From assembly GCA_030141605.1 (NCBI GenBank), contig JAQGDQ010000192.1, forward strand, positions 310,001 through 374,000: a stretch of 64,000 nucleotides of DNA, given 5' to 3'. Below are positions 1-14,500 of this stretch, piece after piece (position 1 is the stretch's first letter; every line of letters starts with the position of its first letter). Under the pieces are notes generated by a model. The model had not been told where the DNA came from. It ran no database searches and saw only the letters and a program-made list of their open reading frames with translations. This DNA comes from Tubiluchus corallicola. Taxonomy: Eukaryota > Animalia > Priapulida. The translations under genes and the position numbers were made by a program.

Positions 1-394
1 CACGAACTATATTATTCCCACGGAAGAAAAACGCCAGGAGGCTACAATAAATAAAAAAATCTGACAGATAAGGAGGTGACTAGCAAAGTCCCGTATCCAT
101 CCTTTTGAAAAAAATTGGGAGTTTACATATCTCGAGGAGGGCTTTACATTGAAAAGCAAGGTATTAGCCAATAAATGCAATTTCATCACTATTTCAACTG
201 TCTCTTTTACAAGAACTTGCAAACCCTACAGTCTTCCCTTGACAGGGACCTGCAAACATGCTTATCTTCATTTTTGATGGTGCCTGATTGGTTAAGTCAT
301 GCCATTTGCTCAAATTGTGAAGTTAAATTACACGTAGATTAGTATGATTCTGTTTTTGCAAAAAAATCTTATTACGTTGTAATTAATATTATCA

Positions 395-512
395 TAATGG
401 TCGTCATTATCATAATAATCTCAACTTGTCATCACCAGTAGCAGCAACAGCAGCAGCACCATCGATCACAATTCATGTCATAATCACTGGCACTATGTCA
501 TCATCATCATAA
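395..512. repeat. Degenerate (CAT/CAG)n trinucleotide low-complexity tract
   Basis: Runs such as cagcaacagcagcagcacc and tcatcatcatcat. Confidence 0.6.
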
Positions 513-1987
513 CTACATTTTTTATTAATGGGCTAGAGATTTTGCCAAGTTAGTTTTTTAAAGATCTATAATTTGAATAGCATTTTAAATTTTGTAAGTT
601 TTAATTTAAATGAAAGCTTAGGCTTTGAGTTCTTCTTGACTATTTTAATTTCTTCAGAATTTTAATTTTCTCGAAACTTTCAAAAATTGCAAGTTTTTAA
701 TTTGTGTGATGTGAGATAAATTATATTTTAAAGGGTGGAATACTGATCTTTGTTTGTCTTAGTAATTATAGTAGTTACAGTGGTAGCTAACTGCAGCAGT
801 TACGTATCTACGAAAAAAAAACTTGCAAACTCACCAAACTAATAGTGGAAGGTATACCAAAGTATACCATCTTCAACTTTTATTGTTCTGTAACATCGCT
901 CAGATTTCAAACTTTTCTCAAAAAAGGCTTAAAATAAGTGAAACAACCTAGTTATTATTCCTGAACACTTACAAACAAACACAAAGAAGTTATTAGTTGT
1001 AAAACAAAAACGAAGGTTTCTCTTCAAACTTGTTTACTTTTAGATACGTGACTTTGCAGGTCACCTCATCAGATGTCGAAGATAAATTATGAGTGCTATT
1101 ACTGAATGTCGCTATTATTTTAGTTGTCCCTTGTGAAAAAGAACAGCAGGCCGAAATATAACAACAATTTGATGAAATGGTTAATACACATCACGTGCCA
1201 AGTAGATGGAAATATCATGGTAAAATAAATTAATGAATGCGATGAAGAAAAGTTTTATCATCGAATTTGCTGCTAATTCAATAACGACAATATTAAAGGA
1301 AGTGAATTTATTTGTAATAACTTCCAGAATGTTATTCGAACGGTTACAGTATTGTATAACTTGTCTCACGAGGCAAATCATCAGTCAATTTGTACATGTA
1401 CATTATAAGAAATATACTTAATTTTATTTTATGTAATGAATAGTATTATAAGCCGCAAGCTGTATGAAATGCACGTTGACAGTACCCAAAAAACTGCCAG
1501 TCATTATAGCATGACTTGTGATCATTCACAGCCAGTCGTTACAGCATGAAAACGAGAACCGTAAGACTGATATATTTGTCCTGCAAGTTATCTTAAAAAC
1601 ATTATAATTAATGTACCCTGCAAACAGAAACGACGTGGTAATTATTGTATGGTCAAGAAATTTCTAAAACGTGAAGTTATCTATTGTGTTTCACAGAACG
1701 GTGCTCTGACCGAAGGTAGCAGTCCAGAAGTTTAGCTAAACTTCACGAAATACTCTTCATTTAATAAGAACCTAAGGCGGACACTGTCACAGGCTCCTTA
1801 TTTTGTTGACCATGAAACGGTATTTTCTTTGACGTGTAATCGCGTTCTAGAACTACAGGTTCATGTTATGGGCAATTTAGTGTGAAAGTATCAGTGCAAA
1901 TACAATTATAGATAGTATAAGATTTCAATAAGCCAACAACCGGCGATCAGTGGCATTAACCGTTTTAGGTAACTTTTGGTTGGGTGC

Positions 1988-2056
1988 TTGCGCAATAAAC
2001 GTGAACAAATCGAAATTGATCACGTGTCACATTCCAACCAATGCTTTTCGTCCACA
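1988..2056 (+). promoter_or_regulatory. Putative SERCA proximal promoter: C/EBP-type palindrome, E-box and ERSE-like element
   Basis: TTGCGCAA at 1988-1995, CACGTG at 2021-2026 and CCAAT-N9-CCACA at 2038-2056 are clustered about 180-240 nt upstream of a strong donor CAG|GTAAGG at 2232/2233, in a locally CpG-richer stretch. Confidence 0.5.
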
Positions 2057-2089
2057 TTCGTCGAGACTGTGAATGTTGCGTTGCATTTT

Positions 2090-2232
2090 CAACAGTTTCA
2101 ACTTCACTTTTTGTGAATTCGCGTCCGTTCACTTCACTTGTTATTGAGTCTTAGTGGTGGTTCAGATGGTGTGTTAACAGTAGATAGTGTTGCTCTGTCA
2201 AGGGTAGAAAGGAAATTTGCAAATAGCACCAG
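2090..2232 (+). other. Putative non-coding first exon (5' UTR) of SERCA; start approximate
   Basis: The first coding exon is preceded by an acceptor (ttttttaatacag at 4065), so an upstream exon is required. The best donor is CAG|GTAAGG at 2232, just downstream of the promoter-like motifs. Confidence 0.5.
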
Positions 2233-4095
2233 GTAAGGACGGTATTTGAATTTAATGGCCTAGTAAATATGGGCCTGTGTGGGAACGATTGCCCTGTGAT
2301 CACTTGCTTGTAAAATTTTTAAATCGGGTCACCTGAAAGTCGAACCAAAATTTTCTTGCTTATAATATAAATGTCAGACCAGTTGAGCCTGATTTGATAA
2401 TGTGAAATACAGAATAATTATCTGAATCTTATGCTTACTTGTACGTTTGTGTGTGTTACTGTTGTAACAAAGGTCGCAGCTATTGTGGACATTAATAATT
2501 CGTTTAATCCCGGAAATGCGGCTGTATTAGCATTTTTGCTATTTCATTTTATCCACTTTACTAAAATGCTGTAACTGAGAAGTCGTGCAGTGGCACCGTG
2601 TGAATAGAGGAAGGCCATACCATTAGAACATTTTGTTCCTATTAAGCCAACATGGGATCTATGAATATAAATTTAGATGGATTTTGCTGCCAGTGCTTAC
2701 CATGGTATCAAGACGGGCCTGGGCTAGAGCTAAGCCCAAGGTTAATTATATAGCTGTCCATTAAAAACAATCCTTTCCTTAGAATTAAAATTCCTTCCCT
2801 GGAAAGCAAGGACTTCCTGGTTGAGAACGAGTGTCCTAGAGTTTAATAAATAAATAAAAATACTGTTATGTGCTTATGCTGAGCTATGACAAAAAATTGT
2901 TTCTTGAACTCACTCTAGATGATAAATGTCTAGTCGTTAAACTGCACCAATTGTCATTATGTATATATGCTAAGTTTACCGTATGTTTTTTGCATGGTAC
3001 AACAGGTTCATTTTCCTTTATATTATGTGTACATATGCACTTGCTTGTCACAGTAACAAAAAACAAATTAATCATTGCAAAACATGAAGCTAGCACAAAT
3101 AACACCACAAGTCTTGAGCCCACACACATACATGTGCACTGCTTTGTTACGTAATGAAATCAATTGTGATAAATCTGAAGAGCAATTTAATGAAAAATTC
3201 TTCAAACAATTTTGTTTCAAGTTTGTTCAACTTTGATATTATTTCAGCATCAGTTGTCTTGAGCAAAAGCATTCTGGCAGGCACTTTCTGTAAAAAAATT
3301 GTTCAATATTTGCACAACTGCCGGTTCGTTTCTATCAGTTGATTCATGTTTTCATGTTTTTGTTGGCAGTGCACACCTCGCTTAAACAGTGTCAGCTCTA
3401 GCGTAGAAATGATTATCGCACAACTATGGAATCGATATTAAATTCCTGAACGGAAAAACAGCCTGTTGTTGAGGCTAAAAACTCGATTTTCTTAACTTTA
3501 CACTGTTGTTCAATGGCAAGATGCATTATCTTCGGCTCCTTCATGCAAGCACATGTAATGACATGTACATTAAAGGTTTCTCCTGATCATGATCATGTGC
3601 CATGAAAATGTTCACCACGAGCAGGAAAACTTTTGATATCCATGTTCTACGTGTTTTGCGTACTAAGTTGGTAATGAATGGCAAAAACTAATGACAAAAC
3701 CAAAAAAACGTCGTATAATTCACACGAAAATCGAAATGCAATTGTATGGAATCTGAAATTGTTAGTTAAAATCTAAATACAATCGAAAAGCGCACATTGA
3801 TATCTTTTGCACTCTAGTACGTACGACATTTCATAGTTGGTCGAAGTGATTGCTGCAAGCTACTTGGAACTGTGAATGCACTTGAATAGAAAGAGGAGTT
3901 TATTGAAAAGTGGCCGTGCTTTGCATGCTTTTGCCTTTACATGTTTTAGGTACATGCAACCAAATATGAACAAAATCTGTAAACACATGATTTTGTTTAA
4001 AACAATTGTGGACAACTATGTCCATGTACCATAAATACAAAAATTCAAATATTTTTTTAATACAGGGCAGGTCACCTGTATAACCCCTGGAAGCC

Positions 4096-4213
4096 ATGGA
4101 GGCAGCACACACCAAGAGTCCCCGGGAAGTTTTAGATTTTTTCAAAGTGAATGAAGAAACAGGACTAAGCCATGAACAAGTTCAAGAATACCAAGAGAAA
4201 TATGGTCCTAACG
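4096..4213 (+). CDS. SERCA: SERCA coding exon 1 (MEAAHTKSPREVLDFFKVNEETGLSHEQVQEYQEKYGPN)
   Basis: gccATGg context, typical SERCA N-terminus, 118 nt, donor G|GTAAGT, phase 1. Confidence 0.95.
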
Positions 4214-7059
4214 GTAAGTTGCTGTAATAATATACGAAGTTAGGAAAAGAGAAAAATGAAAGGCAAATATTTTCTGTTGAAGCAGTAGCTACTTAATTGT
4301 TTATTTGTGTAACTGCACTATAATTTGACGTACTATTATGTTTGCTGGACGACTGAACTTTGGGTTTGTCTGGCTAATCTCTGCCCACTTATTTATAAAA
4401 TTATTGTACATGTAGCAATATAATTTATTTAATTGTGCCTTTTGACTTATTATCAGCATCACTAGAACTTGCCGGCTGTTACAGGCCTTTGACGCTTTTC
4501 ATTATCTAGTAATACAAACAGAGCTCACAGTTTAGCGGGATGGCTACCTCTTTCTGTGTGGCATTTTGGAAAAATTTTTAATTTTGGTGTTTATTCTCTG
4601 TCATTTGGCAAGGTTATCTAATTTTCATCTTCAGTTTTCATTTAAAAGAGGAAAAGAGGCAGACACAAGTATGGTGAAGAGTGGGTAGATATCTATAGGC
4701 ATACGTATGGTGAAGAGTAGGTGTAGATAAGGGAGGAATGCACATTCAGACATTTGGCTTTTTTGTCTGGTTGTACATAAGGTCATGGTGACCTTATATA
4801 CTTTCTATATATTTTTATGCGAACGATGATAATAGCTATATGTAATAGCATATTGATTATGCATTTTGATTATGCATGTCAGTATTATAGCATTCTACAC
4901 ATTAATTGTCTGTCTGACAGTTGAGTTTATGTTGTTAAAGTAGCTAGATGCTAGAGGCTATATGTGGTGTAAAAGTTTCGCACAGTCTAGGATTCAGTTA
5001 TGTACAGTAAATGGTACATTTGACAACGTTTTTAAGTGGAGTAATGAATACACTTTGAAACTGGAATGTCGCCTGCTTTTCTGAAGGCTAAATTTTATAC
5101 ATTAAGTTTAAGTGGTGATCCTAAGGCTATAACCAAACCTTGGTAATGTTTTGGCCAGGGGCCACAGAACCTGACTATTGACGTCACATTCACGTCATTC
5201 TAAGCAGGTGTGCCATTAAAGTGACATTTATGTCTGTACCACCAGAGGAAATAAATATGCTCGTGGAAAGTGTAAGAAGTTACATGTAACTTTTGTTCGC
5301 CTTGGAAACGATGTAAAAGTAAATTTGCATTGTATAGGCTGCAGATACGTGTGTACAGTGTATAGTCACTTTAATGCCAGAGATTTCAGATTTTTGTCAA
5401 AATTTAAGCACAAATTAAAAAAGGAGATTTTATATTTTCCTTTTATTTGAAGTTATATCATACACTGTTTTTTGCAGCAACATCCAACTTACTTCACAAT
5501 TTACTTCTAATTGTCCACATCTAATGCTTAGCATCCTACAGGTACTAATTAAGCGTACGTTTTTTAGAACTGATGTTATATGTAATTCCACTTCGTGAGT
5601 AGCAAAAAAGGTGAAAAGTGAAATTCATGTCAAAAGTCCTCAACTTCAGGGATTGATGAATATGTTGACACAGTGCTTGTGAACATATTATAGTTTGGTG
5701 GAATAGCCACCAACTCACTTACTATGATGTTAGACTGGGGCATGGAAGGTTGTAAACTAAGTTCAGAATGTATTATTTGACAGAACTTTGTAGTTTTTTT
5801 CTTGTAAGAGCATCTAAAAGTTTGAATATTTGTCTGAACAGGTTTTCATTAAAAATTATAGTCTGTCTGACCTTCTATTAAGTATTTCCTGGCCCGATAA
5901 GCAATGCTGCATTACGTTCTGGAATGGACAGATGATTTCTTTCTTCTTTTGTTTTTATAAAACCACCAGTGGAGCAGTGAGAAATAACCTTAGTTTGCTT
6001 TAGCACCTAAAAATGTGTTACTATCTTTGACTTTATACACAGCAAAAACACACTTGGCTTCTTAGCTACTGTTTATAAACAACTTTGTTGTACTGGTCCT
6101 AAATTCAAATGATGTTTTCAAAACCACAAACGTCAGAAAACATGATTTAAACCAGGTCCAAATTTATTGGAATGCTCAGAAAATTTTTGTGGTTTCTTAT
6201 TTTGCTCTGCTGCAAATACAGAACGAATTCTGCTTTCTAGCAACTTGCTGTATCATTTACAGGTTAAACCGTAACTGCTGTGGCTGTGGCAAATATGTGG
6301 TACATTGCCTATCATGCGCCTTGCTGGCCATTGGATAGGCGTTCACACTTTGCATGAATGATTCTTGACTACGTGGGTTGAAGGTTGAGTTTAACCATCA
6401 TATTGTTTATCCTATAGAGGGAGGCTGCGTATACGTGCAGCACCTGGCTAAGATAGCTCTGCTGGCTTTCCTAAGTTTCATTAGAGGAATTTACTTGATG
6501 ATGAGCTAGGCTTTGGTCAGGCTACAAACATTGTGTTAATTAGGTGCTGCTGTTGAACACTGAATTCCAGCTTGCACTGTGCCAAAGCCCGCAGTCTATA
6601 AAAAATTTTGGAAGGAGTTTACAATTCACAACACAATTTAAGTACCATAACTCTAGCCCTAACCGTAAACCTAATCTGCTTCACAAACTAATTTCTTGTG
6701 TGCGGGGAATTGTAAACGTTAGCCAAAATTTTAACTTGACGTACTTGATTCATCAACTTTAATGTGATTCTATTTTTATTATTTTGCAATTGTTTATGTT
6801 ATATGGTATTCTCGTTTTTGTAGTAAGTGCAACTGTGTAAGCCAGTTTTTTTATTTTGGTTAAAGCACTGTTAACCAGGAAATTGTTCTACCATCAGTTG
6901 TTTTTACTCCATAATTATACCACAGTTTTTTTTTGCTTTCTGTGTTAGACTTTCTCCCTCCTGTGTTTTATGTATATACGAAGTTCTGTATTTGGTAGGT
7001 ATTGTTGTAAAATTGTGTTTGTGTTTATTGTAAAAGTGCAATATTGTGTTTATGTTGAC

Positions 7060-7300
7060 CATCATATATCATCAAACTGGTTTAGGAGTAACAAATTATC
7101 ACTGAATGCTTCCCAAATTAAATATGTTGTTTTTAGATCAAGAAACAAGAGAATGCCAAAATTTAACATTACAAATTGAAAATAGCAACATTCAACAAGT
7201 AAAACAAATTAAATTCTTAGCTATTATCATACCTGAATACTTAGAACAAATATCTCTTATATCAGACTCAAAATTGCTAAAAATATAGGCATCATTGTTA
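7060..7300 (+). mobile_element. Decayed non-LTR retrotransposon (LINE) reverse-transcriptase C-terminal remnant
   Basis: Frameshifted peptides NWFRSNKLSLNASQIKYVVF and IQQVKQIKFLAIII resemble the WFxxNKLSLNxxKT and VxxxKFLGV segments of CR1/L2-group RTs. Confidence 0.7.
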
Positions 7301-10300
7301 CCGTGAACGTAGTATTATGCAATTAGAAAATTTAATTAATTGAATATTGCAGTGCTTATGTATGAATGCAGTAATAGACTATTTCCTACATTGTTTTGCA
7401 AATCCAGTCAAATTGGCATCTAAGAGACATTATAATGGATATAATCAATACATTGTGCCTTTCTGTAGAACCAGCATATAGCTAAAACTTTTTTTATAAT
7501 ATTTCAATGACCAAAAGTCTGGAATGAGATTGGTTAATCTACAAAAAATAGCAGATGCATTACTAGATTTTAAAAATGCTAAAAAATCAACTTTGAATAA
7601 ATACCATTGAGTAGTCAAAGTTTCTAGCAATAGTGCTCACAGTAGTGGCAAAACAATCCAAGTATCTTAATCCAATTATCTTAATTCGTGTACTCACATG
7701 CCTACTATAATGACTAATGTTTTAGGAAATAATAGTCTTTGTATCTTTTACGTCATAAGCGAACTTTATTCATTATATTATTCCACTCAGAAACACTAAA
7801 TGTTTTCTTTGTCACAGTATCACCTCATAATTTTCAGTTTATTTTCCTTATTTTTTTTACTTTCACGCGATATGACAGTCTAACAAGCCCTGTTTTTTGA
7901 TTGCCGGCAACACATTTACATTTATCTATAGGCAAATATACTGTGAGGCGTTTCTTGTACAGAAACAATAAAAATAATTTGTATTGTGTTCATTGTAGCC
8001 CTTTCATTGTATTTTTGTACACAAAATTAATGTAAATGTGTTATGTCGCTTATTTTTAAGATTTTTCTGGCTAGCGCCAATCAGTCTTTGCGTGCTGGTC
8101 TCAACCCAGCTAAAGTAAAATTATTTGTGGAATGCAATGTATGCAAGTCTGAGAGTGGAAGAGATCTTTGCATAGCACCTACGTAAACTCATCAAAATCG
8201 TCTATATAGACATCAAATATGGGAATGTTAATACAGAAGATATTAATGCATTAATACAGGATTAGCAACTTCCACATTCAGGTGAGGGAAGTAGGTTGTC
8301 CTAAACTGATTAATAAAAACGCTCAATGGCAGAAGTAAAACATTAGGTTAGGAGGACAGTGGTTTTTAGTTTACAGCTTATGCTAAACTAGGTGACAAGT
8401 TGGTTTTTTAGCTATATTGGTTGTAGTGTAGGTATCTCATTTTTTCTGCAAATACACTAACAGTTGTCTTGTAAATGTAAATTAATTTGCTGCTGATTAT
8501 ATGGAGATTTAAAGCAAAAATTAGATGAAAACGGACGAGAGCTGTGATATAATATTAATGTCTTATCCTTCCATCTTATACATTGGAGAGTAAAGAGAAT
8601 TTAAAACGTATTGCACAAATACATTGCACTAGGTAACAATTAGCAGTCTGCATCCTTATCCAGCAGTGCTAACATTTTGCTATCTGTATTATTTTACAAA
8701 TTTTTGATATTGTCGATGGTTTCTAATGTGCGTTAAGTAGATGCTGTGTTAAGAATTCTTCCACTGCATACTTTACATCCCGCAAATTATTTTACTGATT
8801 GGGGTGGTGTGCACGTACCTAGAGACTGATTGGTATTAGCTGCAAAAATGCTGTAAACCAAGAGCAGTCTACTGGTGTTGCAATGAGGCACATCTTTCCG
8901 TTTAAGTTTTCTGCATGCAATGAGACCATTGAGACCACTGAGTTAATCTTAGATAAAAGTGAGTTTAACCAAACTCAGTACATGTAATTAATTTAATGTC
9001 TGTGTGAGATAAAAGATGTGGGCAGCGGAATGCATTGTAAGCGTCGAAGATGCAGATACACAGGTAGCCTAACGTCTGCATCATTGGCAAAAGGAGAAAC
9101 AGATGTTCATTGAATGCAAATTTATTACCTATTATCTTCTCTTATAATCTAAACAATTTCTGTGCTATAAATTTTCATCACTCAAGTCTCTTTTTTTACA
9201 AATAGATATATTTTAAACTCAGATAAAACTATACAGTTAGACATTTTGGATCTATTACAATAAAATACATCGTCCTTTGAATCTTTTAAGTAAAAAAAGA
9301 AAACTTAATTTAAATGTTTTTTCTGAGTGTAACAATAAAAAGCTGATGCGAGCACTATATTACTCTATCTTCTTCGTTCTGTCATTCTGATTTCAACTTT
9401 TAAATGCTGAAATTTTGTTTACAGTCAACAAATTTTCATGTAATTTATCTTATCGTTTCTTAATGTTTACCATTTTGATTGTAAAATGAGTGGATGGCTT
9501 GCTTAAATTACATTACACTAACTTTAGCCAACTTACATTCAGTTTTATGCAATGTTAGTCAGTTATTTACTGTTTAGTACATACATTAATAACTGACTAT
9601 GTGTTTTAGTTTTAAAAACGAAAAAATTCAGATATTTGGTTTGAAAAGTACTCCTATAACATAGAGCTGGGCAAAATAAAAGTCACTTAGTAAACGTTTC
9701 CAAGAAGCCAACTCATTTGGGTAATACAAGAAGCCAGTGTGCACTGAGCTGGTAACACAATCCAAACCCTAGACTTTGTGACCTATTTTCAGCCACCTCT
9801 CAGCACGAAGATTTACCCTGTGGCATGCATTCGTAGCACTCGCAAAGTACATGAATAAAAGTGGTTACGAACCTACTGTATTTATTCAACTAGCGGGGTT
9901 TCATTTAACAGTGTTACAGGAAATATGCAGGGCTGGTGTTAAAACATTTACAAACTTCTCTTCGGTAATAGCCACTATCAAATCATCAGTTTATTATAAG
10001 GAGTAAATACCTACTGTCATCGAGGCATCAGTATTCCCATAAAATGTTTAAAAAATTGGAGTCAGAATTCGTGTGCTGCTACCGTTGTCATTTCAAAGAA
10101 ATATAAATTTTAGTTGTTTCAGATAATTCGAAATAAAGTACTGAATAGACTAGCCTTGTTGCATTTGTGAAAGATACACAAGTATCTGGGCATTGAATAG
10201 GTTCACTTCATGTTCCAAATGGATATCTGTGGTGTAGATTAGAACTAAGGTTGGTGTCCAAAACATCTTAGTTGTGGTGACACTGCTGATTGTTGAATAT

Positions 10301-11508
10301 ACGTTAGGAGAAATAGGAATAACTTATTTTGCGTTCACATAGAATTTTGTCCATATTACTATTATATGTAGGGCGTAGCATGTGTATGTGGTTTTTACTC
10401 TAATTTTTATTTATATTTATATGGATCTTAGTCATGAAATTTTTATTTTTTTTATACAATAGATTACTGTTTCTTCATACGCTGACCATTTTACACACAA
10501 ACATATGAATTAAGTCATTTTTCTAAACAATGGCTGTTCTTTGCTCCATCATTCATAAGTTATACAGCCATAAATAGTCTGAAAAGAGATAATGCAATAA
10601 CAAATTTTCCCTGGATTTAGAAAATAACAGTATGATAACAGATGTGTGGTATTTGCCACTGGAGTTGCAATGCTGTTGTGATTTTGGTATATAGCTTGTT
10701 TGTTTCAGGTATTATAAAATATGTAGTTTTATGTTTAAAATTTATTTTTCATTAAGAGTGGGTATTAGTAAAATTAATTAACAGAATCTTGGTACGATAT
10801 CTCAGGAAAACGCGTGATTCTTTTTGCCATCTAGAATACAATTAACTATAGTGGTTAGTGGATATTTCTGTTATTTGTAAAATTTAGGAAAGTCTGATTG
10901 GCAAATATAAAAATGGACTGATGGAAAGCCACATTTTTCACCTATAGTTGGCCTATCTTAAGACAGGCCTTTATTTGAACAGCTTTTGCCAGTGCAATTT
11001 TAACTTATCTATATAACCCCATTTTCCTTAATCTTGTTTTCAAAGTGCACGATAAAGTTGATAAATGGAAAACACATTGGCGAAATAACAGATTTTCATT
11101 TTTCCGTATACTTCAATTAAAAAAATGATCATTTAGTTGCATCACGAGATCATGTATCATAAGCCAACATGATGTTACCATGCAAATTGGAAAAACTGCA
11201 AAAGCTACATCAGTAGAATTAGATGTTCAAAAAAGTGCCCTTAAGTCTAAAGTCTCAAATGAGAATTTATTAAATAGAGGTTTTATTCTTCACAGATGTT
11301 TTGTAAAAAGCTCATTTCCCAGTGCTGACTGTGGATGAACTCTTTATAGCGCAGCTGAACTGTCCCTCCTGAAAGGAAGCTGCTATTTAGACAAGTTATT
11401 TTAAGTCTCAAGGGCATTATATACTAAGCCTTTAAAACCATTCTAATACAGTTATCTGCTAAATGAAAAAAGTAATTATTTTATAGCACAATTTTTTTTC
11501 TTTTGCAG

Positions 11509-11526
11509 AATTACCGGCAGAAGAAG
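11509..11526 (+). CDS. SERCA: SERCA coding exon 2, 18-nt microexon (ELPAEE)
   Basis: ttttttttcttttgcag|AATTACCGGCAGAAGAAG|gtgagt; supplies the conserved ELPAEEG and keeps phase 1. Confidence 0.93.
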
Positions 11527-14500
11527 GTGAGTTGGACTGACAATTGGATGTTAAGTATGAGTATCGTAGTTTCGTAGTGCAGTAGCTTAGTGCTTGGTAG
11601 AATTATTGTGAAAGGGCAGAAAAGTATTAAAACTAAACTATTAAATACAAAATAAAGTAAATAGAATTAGGAGCTCAAGTGTAACTCTTCACACCGAACA
11701 AAAGTCTTGGAATAAAAAGCAATTTAGTGACTGCTATATCAAATTCGTCCTTCCTTATTTCCTCAGTTCCATGACAGTTGAGCTTTTAAGTCATCGTAGT
11801 GGTTCTTTTGCACGTGAGACAACATTTTTTAATTTCTACGTTTTGTAGGCCCCTGGTGGACTGGTTGAAGACATTTATCCTTCGGATTTTCCCTCTAACC
11901 AAACTGAAACTCATGTCGATTTTTTTGTGAAACTCTTTTAACTGTCGGCCTGAAACATTTTTTGAAGAATTTTTTAAGCTGTCAGCAAAATTTATATATG
12001 TTGTTTCTGAATGCTCTAAACGTTTTTTGCTTGCTAAATTTGTGTGGTGCCGAAAATTTATACCCTCATTAATTACTGATTCAGTCATCTTTTGTGACAT
12101 CTTAATAGTTTCTGATGTGCCGTCTATGTTGTTTGTTGAATGGACCTTTACAGCAATTGTAGATATTTGATAGTCAGACTTAAAAGAAATCTGTATTATG
12201 GATTTGTTAGGTAGCTTTTTCTTACAAACGTTTGCACTCTAATTTAATGACTTTTTCCATAAAGCTTTAACTAAAACACATTGCTTTTTTTTTGAGAATT
12301 GCCTTTTTTTCAAAACTTACTATGTTGTCAACAAAATTTGTATAATTTTGTTGTTTCTAAATGTTTTTACTTGCTTAATGTGCATGGCACTGAAGTGATA
12401 TTTTAGCCCTATAGTGATATAAATCCTAAGTGATATAATTACTTAATCTGTCCTTTTTTAGGACTTTTTAATAATTAGCATAAACACCGTTGATCGCTGA
12501 ATGTCCCTTTCATTTACTGTAGACTTGGGAAGAGATGCTCCTAAAGAGAAAGCTGCCCTCAAGGCATGAAAGCACAGCTGATGATTCAGTTAGGTCTTGG
12601 CCTCACCAAATGCCTGTTACGTCTGTTAGGGACGTTGCTCCTACCAACATTATTTGCAAGAAAAGTAGCAAGAAGGAAGCAAGAAAGAAGAATTTTTAGC
12701 CTTTAATAAATATGTGACCTGTGACCTGATGAACTATAGCAATGTTGTAGAAAATTTGTTGTTTTAACGGTAACAGGTAGTGAGTTCCTAATCACTTTAG
12801 AGCCCAGCCTCATAATAATCAGTTCCTAAGTATTGTAGTATATCTTTCGCCACGTTCAGACTAGCGAATTTTCTGTCTGGCAGCAAACTTACAAGTGTGA
12901 ACCACTTTGCAAGTTACTGTCGGAAAGAAATTATTGCTGACCGAGCTGACCGATAGCTATTGCTTGATTTACAGTCTAGTGTGCACGCCTCACTGCAAGA
13001 AAAGTTCTATTCTTTGGGACATTTGGAAAACTCGCGACTAGCTGGTATAGCCCATTGAGATATTATTAGGGGCTTCTTTTGTTGTGATACATCAAATGAA
13101 ACCTTGTAATTAGACAAGTTGAACTTCGTCACTTGAATTAGAGGTCAAAGATTTTAATGATATTTATAGGTCACAGCTAGCCATACCTACTGTTTGGAAC
13201 CATAGGGTGTCCAATTTGTGACCTGTGTACTTTATGTGTACTTTGATGCTTCATGTTTTAGCAGGAAGAACTTACTTTATGCTCTGTACTACATTATGCC
13301 AAAAAAGTGAATGTAATCGGTCTTGTCCTGTGTTAGCAGCTTATGTCTGGAATTAATGCCTTACCAGTAATGATATCTGCGAAAAAAAGCTTCTACCTTA
13401 CCTAATGGCTTAGTGCATTGTGTAGAGTAGATTTCCAGACAGCCTTGAATTGAAACATCCATGCAGCTGTTACAAAAGCCAAGTGTTGTGTTGGAAACTT
13501 ACTACATACGACTGGCATGTGCTAAGACTCCACTTGCTGTGTACAGTTTTACATATTAGAACGTACATTTTGTCCACAAATACCTTCAAACTCATCTGCT
13601 TCAGGTCCAACTTCCCATAAGGCCTCACATTGTGTAATGTATACCCTCGTTTGTAAAGGCAGCTTCCGTTTTATGCTAAACTTCATTTGCATGGCACTGT
13701 GTGGTAATGAAAAGTTTTCTGCCAGAACCTCCTTGGCATTTGAAAAATGGAAACTTATGGAATGTAACAAGACTGCCAAGCTACTAGTATCCCTATTGCA
13801 CATTGGCTGTAATACGTTTCGTATAATAATACAACTACAATTGTTATCAGGTAATTAATGCAAAAATGGGAGACATTTCAGCAAGTGACACATTTCCTGC
13901 CATTTAAGTGATTTTTTTCTTGTTTGCTACTTACATATCATTGCCTAGCACCACATATGTTCATAGGAACATGTTTTGCATTCTCATGTGCTGTGATTTT
14001 TGATGCCTAATAAGGCAGTGAGTTAAATTATTAATTCATTTCTTCGATAATTACAATGATCCTTCTGACACAATCCAAAACAAACCTTCTTTTCAAGATT
14101 GAGCTTGAGATTTTGACCAGATGGAAAAATGAATGGATTCATCTTTTTTCTATAGACGATGGTAAACTATTACTATCGTTCATTAGTCTCGGATTTCTCA
14201 CAAATCTTTCACTCTTCGAAGTGGAATGTATTTAACTTGCATTCTTTTAGCAAACTCTTTTGCTGAGTGCTATGTAAAGCATAGTGCATAAACACTGATT
14301 ATACATGGTCCTTCGCTCATTTACTAATCTAGATCACATTATTATGGCACAATAATTTTGTTCAGCAATCTGATATTCATGATGGCAAGCGAAAAGGAGC
14401 TTATCACCGACAACTACTACAGAATCTTAAGAAATCTTGTAATGCTCATGGTCATCCTTGTGGTTCTGTAAAGTTTCATGTTAATCACCTCACTACATCA

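Noticed and set aside
1-972. Minus-strand splice-like signals (donors near 972 and 834, acceptor near 250) suggesting a divergent gene
   Set aside because: All frames I tried hit stops quickly and no protein family was recognisable; at most untranslated exons of a gene outside the window.
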